From: Phycisphaerae bacterium
Lineage (GTDB): Bacteria; Planctomycetota; Phycisphaerae; UBA1845
Direction: 5' to 3'
DNA length: 64,000 bases
Assembly: GCA_029260055.1 (NCBI GenBank)
Contig: JAJDDX010000098.1
Span: 4,962 to 68,961 of the forward strand
Shown in pieces: positions 56,714-64,000 of the stretch. The notes below the pieces were generated by a model. It made no database searches and was not told the origin of the DNA. It worked only from the letters and a program-made list of their open reading frames with translations. Within the stretch, counting starts at the first letter, position 1; every line of letters starts with the position of its first letter. The position numbers were made by a program, and so were the translations under genes.

Positions 56714-57973
56714 TTATCGATCCAGTTCAGCCGCGATGATGTTGAGCGACCCGAGGATCGCGACGGCGTCGGACACCTGGTGTCCGACCAACAAATCCGA
56801 GAAAGCCTGATAACAGATGAAGCTCGGCGGCCGACACCGCGCCCGATAGGGCGTGTTGCCGCCGTCGCTTATCAGATAGAAACCGAGTTCGCCGTTGGGC
56901 GCTTCGGTCGCGCCGTAGGCCTCGCCGACCGGCGGCTCAAAGCCGCGGTTGGTCATGATCGTCTCGAAGTGGTGAATCAACCCTTCGATGCTCGTGTAGA
57001 CGGCGTTCTTGTCCGGTAGGGTCTGCTTTTCGCCGGGCAGCACGTCGATCGGACCGGCCGGCACGTTGTCGATCAGTTGCTCGACGATCTCGGCGGACTG
57101 GCGAATCTCCTCGAGCCGTACCAGATACCGCGCGAGCACGTCGCCGCCGGTCGCTACCGGGACCTTGAAGTCGACCCCGCTTGCGCCCTTGCCGTCCCAG
57201 TTGTCGGCGTAGCACAAGTAGGGCTCGTCCTTGCGGAGGTCGCGCCGTACGCCGCTGGCACGCGCGAGCGGACCAGTCCAACCCCAGTCGATCGCGTCAT
57301 CGTGGCTCAAATAGCCGACGCCCTTGGTGCGTTCGATGAAGATACGGTTGCGCGTCAGCAGCGATTCGATCTCGCCGAGGACCTTCGGGATCGCTTTCAG
57401 GAAGTCCTTCACGTGCGCCGGCCACACGTCGGGCATGTCCTGCGAGAGACCGCCGACACGCGTGTAGCTCGTCGTGAAGCGGTGGCCGCAGATCTCCTCG
57501 AACAGGTCGTTGACCGTCTCCCGCTCGTTGAAGCCGAACAGGAACGCGGTGAAGCCGCCGAGGTCGAGCCCGGCTGTGCCGACGTTGAGCAGGTGGTCCT
57601 GGATTCGCGCCAGTTCCGCGATGATCGTCCGGAGCACCTTGCAGCGCGGCGTCAGGTCGATACCGAATAGCTTTTCGCAGGCGTGGTGCCAGGCGATGTT
57701 GTTCGCCATCGGCGAGATGTAGTTCATCCGGTCGGTGACGACGACGTATTGGTTGTAGTTCAGGTGCTCGCCGAGCTTCTCGAAGCCGCTGTGCAGGTAG
57801 CCGATGTGCGGCGTGCAGGAGATGACCCGCTCGCCGTCGAGTTCCATCACCAAGCGCAGCGTGGTGTGCGTGGCCGGGTGCTGCGGGCCGAAGTTCAGGA
57901 CCCAGCGGTCCGACCCCGGCTCTTCCTGCACGACGGTGGTGCCTTGCATCTGTGGTGCGGTATCGGTGGTCAT
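56714..57973 (-). CDS. nuoD: NADH-quinone oxidoreductase subunit D
   Basis: LNFGPQHPATH, GYLHSGFEK, TDRMNY, EAPNGELG, ELDR. Confidence 0.97.
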   Translation of the reverse strand: MTTDTAPQMQGTTVVQEEPGSDRWVLNFGPQHPATHTTLRLVMELDGERVISCTPHIGYLHSGFEKLGEHLNYNQYVVVTDRMNYISPMANNIAWHHACEKLFGIDLTPRCKVLRTIIAELARIQDHLLNVGTAGLDLGGFTAFLFGFNERETVNDLFEEICGHRFTTSYTRVGGLSQDMPDVWPAHVKDFLKAIPKVLGEIESLLTRNRIFIERTKGVGYLSHDDAIDWGWTGPLARASGVRRDLRKDEPYLCYADNWDGKGASGVDFKVPVATGGDVLARYLVRLEEIRQSAEIVEQLIDNVPAGPIDVLPGEKQTLPDKNAVYTSIEGLIHHFETIMTNRGFEPPVGEAYGATEAPNGELGFYLISDGGNTPYRARCRPPSFICYQAFSDLLVGHQVSDAVAILGSLNIIAAELDR

Positions 57974-57994
57974 CGTTCCCGGGATTCCTCGGTC

Positions 57995-58525
57995 TTACGC
58001 ACTCTCGGTCGTCAGCACCGGATAGTCTTCGCGCTCACCGCGACCCCGCAGCGGATAGTCCTTACGCAACGGGTGGGCCTTGAATCCGTCCCACGTCAGG
58101 ATGCGTCGCAGGTCGGGGTGGCCGGTGAAGGTGATGCCCATAAGGTCGAAGGCCTCGCGTTCCATCCAGTCGGCACCGCGCCAGATGCTCGTCACGGATG
58201 GTACTGTCGGGTCAGGGTCGTTCACGAAGCACTTCACCCAGATGCGGTGTCCGAGCGACAGCGATAACAAGGCGTAGACCACGGCGAAGCGGTCACGCGC
58301 TTTCGGGAAGTTGAGGTAGTCGACGCCGCTCAGGTCGCAGAGCTGCTCGAAGCTACATCGCTCGTCCTCACGGAGGAAGCTCATCACCTCGATGAGTCGA
58401 TCGGCCGGCACACGCACGCAAGTCTGCTCGTCCGCCTGGTCTTCACGCGGCATGAGCGGCGAAGCGGCGAAGTCGATGTCTCGGAACTTCGCGGTCAGGA
58501 TGTCGACGATCGAGTTGGCGTTCAC
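57995..58525 (-). CDS. nuoC: NADH-quinone oxidoreductase subunit C
   Basis: [36 protein letters not shown]. Confidence 0.96.
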   Translation of the reverse strand: MNANSIVDILTAKFRDIDFAASPLMPREDQADEQTCVRVPADRLIEVMSFLREDERCSFEQLCDLSGVDYLNFPKARDRFAVVYALLSLSLGHRIWVKCFVNDPDPTVPSVTSIWRGADWMEREAFDLMGITFTGHPDLRRILTWDGFKAHPLRKDYPLRGRGEREDYPVLTTESA

Positions 58526-58544
58526 GCGATTCTTGCCCTTTGCA

Positions 58545-59123
58545 CTACGTTCGAATCTGGACCGGAGGCTGCACCACCATGCCCGTTCCCCGATCGCGTT
58601 CCTTGCTGCTCTTCACGCCGTCCCGCTCGACGATCCCCTGTATCATCATGACGCCTTCGAGCAGCGTCTCGGGTCGTGGTGGGCAACCCGGCACATAGAC
58701 ATCGACGGGCAGGAACTGGTCCACGCCCTGCACGACGGCATAGGTATCGAACACGCCGCCGGTGCTAGCGCAAGCACCCATGCTGATGACCCACTTGGGC
58801 TCCGCCATTTGCATGTAAATGCGGTGAAGAACGGGCATCATCTTGATCGCCACGCGCCCGGCGCAAATCATCAGATCGCACTGGCGCGGGGAAAAACGCA
58901 TGACTTCGGCGCCGAAGCGGGCGATGTCGTAGCGGCTGGCGCCGGTCGCCATCAGCTCGATGCCGCAGCAGGCGGTCGCGAACGGCATCGGCCACAGCGA
59001 GTTCTTGCGCGCCCAGTTCACACCGTTCTTGCGGACGAAATCGGTGAGGTAGGAAAGCTTCGTCGTGATGAAGTCTTCCTTGCTGGCCTGATAGGCTCCG
59101 CTACCCGGTGCCTCTAGTCCCAT
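58545..59123 (-). CDS. nuoB: NADH-quinone oxidoreductase subunit B
   Basis: [32 protein letters not shown]; start MGLEAPG overlaps the nuoA stop. Confidence 0.97.
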   Translation of the reverse strand: MGLEAPGSGAYQASKEDFITTKLSYLTDFVRKNGVNWARKNSLWPMPFATACCGIELMATGASRYDIARFGAEVMRFSPRQCDLMICAGRVAIKMMPVLHRIYMQMAEPKWVISMGACASTGGVFDTYAVVQGVDQFLPVDVYVPGCPPRPETLLEGVMMIQGIVERDGVKSSKERDRGTGMVVQPPVQIRT

Positions 59124-59530
59124 TTGAATGCTCCCTTCTTCCACTCGTAAAGAAGGCCGAACACAAGCAGGACGAAGAACATTCCCATCCCGAACAGCAG
59201 GAAGCCCTTGCCGGCAAGCTCGCCGGACGCAAGCTCCACCGTCTGTCCGGTGGTCGCGGCGTGGTAGAACGACAACACCCACGGCCACATGAAGATGATT
59301 TCAACATCGAACAGCAGGAACAGCACCGCCACGACGTAGAAGCGGACGTTGAAGCGCCGTTCGGTGTCCATCACGATCGGCATGCCCGACTCGTATGCGC
59401 TGTCCTTGACCGGGCCGCGGCGCTTGGGGCCGACGACATGCGCGATGATCAGCATGATGACGACGATGATGGCGACAACCAGGACCGTCGCGCCGATGGC
59501 GATATAGGGTTCAATCGAGGCCAGGAGCAT
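59114..59530 (-). CDS. nuoA: NADH-quinone oxidoreductase subunit A
   Basis: [32 protein letters not shown]; start MLLASIEP. Confidence 0.95.
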   Translation of the reverse strand: MLLASIEPYIAIGATVLVVAIIVVIMLIIAHVVGPKRRGPVKDSAYESGMPIVMDTERRFNVRFYVVAVLFLLFDVEIIFMWPWVLSFYHAATTGQTVELASGELAGKGFLLFGMGMFFVLLVFGLLYEWKKGAFKWD

Positions 59531-59667
59531 GACGGACCGCAATGCCTTTCCACACGGGGTTGTCGACTCGCGGGCAGGTTGACCGACGCCGTGATCGGCC
59601 CGCCAACACGGCCTGCGGCGAATCCTACTTTGCGTGCGCGGGGGTGTACACGCTGCGTCCGAAAAAT

Positions 59668-59685
59668 AAATGAAATCTTTCACAA
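59668..59685. promoter_or_regulatory. Putative Rex operator upstream of nuoA
   Basis: AAATGAA-ATCT-TTCACAA matches 11 of 14 positions of TTGTGAA-N4-TTCACAA, in an AT-rich island. Confidence 0.5.
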
Positions 59686-59931
59686 AGTACACATAAGGTA
59701 CGGCCCGCCAAGCGCTTACATGTTCGATCCAAGGACGCGGCACGCTCGCTACCGTGGCTCGCGACCGACAGCGCGATCGCCTACGCACCGCCGGCAGGGA
59801 GCAGGCTCAGCGGACGCTTGCGCGTCGGTGTGCGCGGCGCGTTCGGCCCCCCGCGCAAACGCTGCTAAAGGCGAAGGTTGCGACTTGTCGAGTCGATAGA
59901 TGGCGGTCTTAGCGCATAAGGAGCACGTTGC

Positions 59932-60549
59932 ATGGACACCGAGTTGGGGTACGACAAGGGGACCGGAACCGGGACGTCTCTCTGCGGTGTCGGACCATGG
60001 CCTCCCGTAGGCATCCTCGGGTTTGTCTTGTTGTTGTGGTGGGCGATGGGTGGGAAGTCCGATGTCGCGACCTTCGCCGATGCGGGCACTTTGGCGGTTG
60101 TGGGTCTGGGCACGCTGGCTTTGCTGATCGCGAGCTTCGGGCCTGACGGGATCCAGAGCGCCTTCATGGCGTTCTCGCGACGCAAGCTTACCCCGGAACG
60201 GACGGCGCAGGCGGCCGCCTTCTTTCGGCTCGCCGCCGTCTATGCGCTGGCGTGCGGCTTCCTGGCAGCGCTGATCGGCATGGTCATCATCCTGACGAAC
60301 ATGGATGACCCCAGTGCGCTCGGCCCCGCGCTCGCGATGGTTCTTCTGGGCCAGATCTACGGCGCGGTGCTCGCACTGCTGGCGCTGGTCGCCGCCACGA
60401 TCGTCGTGCGCCGCGAGTCGGGCGCGACGGTGACCCCGCCGCTTGACCAAGTCAGTCGTTCAGCCACTCCGATCGCCACTGCGGCGACCGCTCTCGGCCT
60501 GCTCATCGCCCTGGCGGGCTTCTGTGCGGTCTTGCTGACATTTGTTTGA
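59932..60549 (+). CDS. MotA/TolQ/ExbB-like small membrane protein
   Basis: GFLAALIGMVIILTNMDDPSALGPALAMVLLGQIYG resembles the last TM hairpin of MotA/PomA. Confidence 0.6.
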   Translation: MDTELGYDKGTGTGTSLCGVGPWPPVGILGFVLLLWWAMGGKSDVATFADAGTLAVVGLGTLALLIASFGPDGIQSAFMAFSRRKLTPERTAQAAAFFRLAAVYALACGFLAALIGMVIILTNMDDPSALGPALAMVLLGQIYGAVLALLALVAATIVVRRESGATVTPPLDQVSRSATPIATAATALGLLIALAGFCAVLLTFV

Positions 60550-60658
60550 AACCGCAGTCGACCTCGACCGTCCGGTACCGCCCGGCGTCCGTCAGCGGTT
60601 CGACTGCCAAAGTTAATCTGATAAATCACATGCCGATTGCGGGCGGTATTCTCTTCTG

Positions 60659-60667
60659 TGGTATAAT
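60659..60667 (+). promoter_or_regulatory. Extended -10 promoter (TGgTATAAT) for the small ORF at 60719
   Basis: Perfect TGnTATAAT. Confidence 0.6.
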
Positions 60668-60718
60668 GTTAGATGGCAATCGAGGCTGCAGGTCGAGCCT
60701 CTCTTCAGGAGAAAAGTC

Positions 60719-60907
60719 ATGAGTCGCTGCCAGCGGATGCTCCGGTGGCTGATGGTTGTGTCGGTGGCTGGTGTCCTACCCGCGTTCGTGCTTCGGTGCG
60801 ATAAGGCTGCGCTGAACTTCCAGCGCGGTTTGATGCAGGGTTTGGGTGAGGACGTTGGCGACCTGATCATCGAGCAGGCCGGCGTGACGGGCGAAGAGCA
60901 GGACTAA
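60719..60907 (+). CDS. Small (62 aa) protein with basic N-terminus, hydrophobic segment, Cys and acidic C-terminus
   Basis: Own promoter and RBS AGGAG; same layout as the ORF at 6771-6980. Confidence 0.65.
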   Translation: MSRCQRMLRWLMVVSVAGVLPAFVLRCDKAALNFQRGLMQGLGEDVGDLIIEQAGVTGEEQD

Positions 60908-61018
60908 CGCTCATTCGCACGGTCCCGGGCTGACGCGCGACGTTGCCGGCACACCCGGTTTTCCGAGCCCGGCAGCAGCAGGGGAGTTCCCGCAGACGAT
61001 TCGACCAGCCGATGGGGC

Positions 61019-61330
61019 TCACAGGTGGAACGGATCGTCGTGGTCGCCCTCGTCATCGTCGTCGCTATCGTACTTCCAGCCATCGGCCTCTTCGGCCTCA
61101 TCGATCTCGCGCTCGACGTGTCGGAACATCTTCTCTTGTAGCGGGGCGAGGCGGCGGTAGACGTCGAGCGTCGCCCGGTGGGATTGGGCAAGTTCGCTAA
61201 GGTGGAGAAGGTTCCACTTCGCGAGGCACTCCGGCTCTTTAATGGTCTTGAACGGATCGCAACTCAGAAGCGGCGCTCCGTCGGGACCGGCGCGGTAGTA
61301 CTCGCATTCGCTGCACTGCAACATATTCAT
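61019..61330 (-). CDS. Hypothetical protein with four Cys and an acidic tail
   Basis: MLQCSECEYY..SCDPF..KEPECLAKW; GC3-rich codons. Confidence 0.7.
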   Translation of the reverse strand: MNMLQCSECEYYRAGPDGAPLLSCDPFKTIKEPECLAKWNLLHLSELAQSHRATLDVYRRLAPLQEKMFRHVEREIDEAEEADGWKYDSDDDDEGDHDDPFHL

Positions 61331-61621
61331 GCACCCCCACGAAGTCGGACCTGCCGTCGCGTCGGAATTGTACGGCGGACTGGTAGCCGCAGCCAACTTC
61401 GCCTGCGAGGCATCGCCACGCGCCGATGACGCACCTGTAGCGTTTTTGGTACATGTTCGGTCCGGGACGCTGTCGAGGCTTGGCCCGAAGCCGTCGATCG
61501 GCCCGGACTAGCGGCCCATAATATGGGTGATTTACGCCAGCCAAGTGACCGGCAAGGTCGCACGGACAAATTTGGCGAGAATTCTCTTGCGAATCACGCG
61601 GAGTTGTGGCACATTCTTATC

Positions 61622-61703
61622 TAGTCCAATAAGTCCTCTTACCGACCCGTCCCCCCATGGGTCGGTTTCCCCCAAGGCCCGGTCCACCCCGCCGGGCCTC
61701 TCT
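61622..61703 (+). ncRNA. Candidate small RNA with two C-rich-loop hairpins
   Basis: Promoter-like TTGCGA-N17-CACATT (61587-61615), then ACCGACCC-gtccccccat-GGGTCGGT and AGGCCCGG-tccaccccg-CCGGGCCT. Confidence 0.4.
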
Positions 61704-61854
61704 CATGCGCTGTGCGGTCCCCGGCTGTGGCTCCGAAGCCCGAGAAGTGTGACAGACAATCGCTGGGCGCGGCTTCGTGCTCGGGAACCAGGAATTCCGG
61801 CCAGTGCGGACAACGTGGAGGGCGCTCTCGATCCGAATCGGGCGATGCGCGGGG

Positions 61855-62433
61855 CTACGGCTGTGGTTCGGTTTCGTTGGGCGGCGTCATGGCGTCGGTT
61901 TGTTCCGTGACCGCGTTCAGGATTTGGCGTTCCTGCGCTTTGTCGCGGCGGATGGTCTTCCACACGGTGTTCTGGCCGCGCGTCGATCCCGCTTCGCGGT
62001 CGATGGGCGTGGCCGAGGGCGATTCATCCGATCGAAGGTCGCCCTCCCGCCATCGGTAGGCTTCGCTCACCTGCTCTTGGATAAGAACCTTGCAGTACGC
62101 GGTGACGCCGTCCTCACCTTGCTCGATGCGCATTTGGCCTATACGGCGCAAACGTGACGGCGATACGAGACGCCGATGGGAGCCGTCCGACGCACCTCGT
62201 GATTGGCTGTAGATCGGAAGTGTCGTCAACACGCCTGCTGCGTCATCGCGACGATCGATCCGATAGCCGGCGTCGAGCAACGCGGCTTCGGCAGCCGACA
62301 TGGCGGCACCGGCGTCCGCCGCCACGCGCCGCACGCCGTACGTCGTGGCCGAAGGTCCGGGCGCGCTGCATCCGGACGCCCACGCGGGCAACAACGCAAG
62401 ACCAAGAACCATTAACGAACGAATCGGTTGCAT
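61855..62433 (-). CDS. Putative lipoprotein
   Basis: Signal peptide with lipobox-like ASGC; AEAALLDAGYRIDRRDDAAGVLTT. Confidence 0.7.
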   Translation of the reverse strand: MQPIRSLMVLGLALLPAWASGCSAPGPSATTYGVRRVAADAGAAMSAAEAALLDAGYRIDRRDDAAGVLTTLPIYSQSRGASDGSHRRLVSPSRLRRIGQMRIEQGEDGVTAYCKVLIQEQVSEAYRWREGDLRSDESPSATPIDREAGSTRGQNTVWKTIRRDKAQERQILNAVTEQTDAMTPPNETEPQP

Positions 62434-62496
62434 GGGCGCATTATCCGCGCGGCCGCGATGGCTGCAAGCGCGGCGGAGCAGGAGTTGTACGCTGCG

Positions 62497-62835
62497 TTAG
62501 TCGGACACGATCTGAACGTTGGCGAGTGCGTTGGCGACGTTGTCGGCGAAGTCAAAGACCTTGTCGAGCCCTGTAACGAGGAACAGGCCCCATACGCTCG
62601 TGTCGATTCCACACAGAATCAGGCGTCGATGGTTAGTGATCGTCTTCTTGCGAAGCTTCAGGAGCTTCGCGATGTTGGAGGAGTTGAGATAGCTCACGCC
62701 GGCGAACGAAACGACCACGTCCACCTCGGGGCCGGCGGCCAACTGATCCATCACCGCGTTCAGATCGTCGCTGAACCCGGGATCGTCCTGGAGTTCGACC
62801 TTCAGCACGCTATCCGACCAGTTCTCAATCGACAC
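62497..62835 (-). CDS. STAS-domain anti-sigma-factor antagonist
   Basis: VVVSFAGVSYLNSSNIAKLL..LCGI..VTGLDKVF. Confidence 0.9.
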   Translation of the reverse strand: MSIENWSDSVLKVELQDDPGFSDDLNAVMDQLAAGPEVDVVVSFAGVSYLNSSNIAKLLKLRKKTITNHRRLILCGIDTSVWGLFLVTGLDKVFDFADNVANALANVQIVSD

Positions 62836-62943
62836 CGGCTGCTATCTCCTCGTATCGGGGACCCGACAAGTACCGTACCGGTGCCCCCTTATGGTGTCAA
62901 TCGGCTTGTTCGACGGGTGCTTGAAGTGGATTCGACGGGGAGT

Positions 62944-63912
62944 TCACTGCTGCCGAACGAGGAGCGCCTCGTCGACGGCCAGGCTTGCGATGGCCGGTTT
63001 GGCGTCAGCCAGCCATCGCTTGGCGTCGACGTAATATCCCGCCGTGGGTTTCAGTCCCGCCTGGCGATCGCACCAGAAACGATTGAAGGCGTGCATGTGC
63101 AGTTCGCGTACGTACTTGCTGTAAATGCTCGCCAGGGCCACCGGGAAATGGCGACTGTCGCCCTTTGTCCTGAATTCGATTTCGACCATACGATCCGAGC
63201 GGCGGAGCCGGTAGGCGCTCCGGCTCTCGGTCTCCTCGAGTATCTCCAGATCGAAGCCCGGCAGGGCGGTCGTGAGTGGCTCGCGGTATCGCTTTCGGCC
63301 TCCCAGGCGATCGACCAGAAGCCGAATGCGTTCTTCCGGCGCGGCTCGCATGATTCGGTCGACCACGCGCAAGGCCATACCCATCAGCACGACACTCTTG
63401 TTGCGGGTGTTTCTCACGAGTCGGTTGTAGTGCCCTTCGGGCAACGTTTCGACAAACGGGCCGAGCGGCTCGATGCCGGCACGACGGAAGTCCATCGCCA
63501 CCGCGTTCGCCCTCGTGGCGATTTGGTCTGCCATTGCGGTTATCGGAAGTTCGATATCATCGCCGGTGTACCAAGCGTAGTCTCGCAGGCCGGCGCAGGC
63601 GTCCGGTGTGACTTCATTGAGGAGTGCTCGCCATGTACGCGGGTTGAAGCCGCCGGCTGCCAACATGACGAGTGCCGTTCTTTCGAGCGCATCCATGCCG
63701 CTGCCGGACTTGTGCAATCGCTTGCTGTCCGCCACGGGAAGGCGGCGGGAGCTGCGCCTGACCGTTTTCGTGCACGTCAGAGCCAGCGTATCCCATAAAC
63801 AGGTGCCGAGCTGCCGGTCCGGCACCCGGAACGCGGTTCCGGACACGACCAGCGGACCCAGGAGCGGGCCAAACCCGGCTTCGTCAATCCCTGCCAGAAT
63901 TGCCACCGGCAT
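62944..63912 (-). CDS. Ribonuclease HII-like protein
   Basis: LAGIDEAGFGPLLGPL, VADSK, KGDSRHFPVALASIYSKYVRE, GY. Confidence 0.85.
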   Translation of the reverse strand: MPVAILAGIDEAGFGPLLGPLVVSGTAFRVPDRQLGTCLWDTLALTCTKTVRRSSRRLPVADSKRLHKSGSGMDALERTALVMLAAGGFNPRTWRALLNEVTPDACAGLRDYAWYTGDDIELPITAMADQIATRANAVAMDFRRAGIEPLGPFVETLPEGHYNRLVRNTRNKSVVLMGMALRVVDRIMRAAPEERIRLLVDRLGGRKRYREPLTTALPGFDLEILEETESRSAYRLRRSDRMVEIEFRTKGDSRHFPVALASIYSKYVRELHMHAFNRFWCDRQAGLKPTAGYYVDAKRWLADAKPAIASLAVDEALLVRQQ

Positions 63913-64000
63913 CTCACGTTAGGGGCCAATCTCGAAGGAGGCGAATTGTACGGATCACGCCGGGAAGTCACAAGCGACCGGCGCACGCCTTCCGGCGCTC

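Noticed and set aside
61608-61622. Sigma-54 promoter at TGGCAC (also TGGCAT near 34101 and 30448)
   Set aside because: No GC at the required GG-N10-GC spacing.

Overview
GC-rich bacterial chromosomal window. Gene content and the DCNxNGxPDEC-repeat protein suggest Planctomycetota, probably Phycisphaerae (inference). It is mostly housekeeping: an NtrC-type response regulator and histidine kinase, pnp-rpsO, rho, tRNA-Ala(CGC), an MBOAT acylation pair, aat, SRP RNA-dnaX-ybaB-recR, rpoN, a dus gene, trkAH, nnrE, a complete nuoA-N operon and an RNase HII-like gene. No integrase, transposase, prophage or CRISPR array was seen. The most striking unexplained element is a stand-alone locus of about 900 nt (6200-7133). 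It holds a 69-aa ORF inside a very densely structured RNA whose 5' and 3' flanks form nested long-range helices, and its 3' flank carries a perfect 9-nt complement of the ORF's own ribosome-binding site. Other notable points: an A10 slippage run in dnaX; a Maf-like protein coupled to a cytidylyltransferase/Cys-less radical SAM/SPASM protein; a protein combining a classical C2H2 zinc finger, AT-hook-like motifs and a winged-helix-like domain; a subtilase with 42 Cys/Asp repeats in a higher-order pattern; a foreign membrane-protein gene inside nuo; a palindromic repeat in-frame in nuoM; and a candidate sRNA with C-rich loops. All calls come from reading motifs by eye; no database searches were run.
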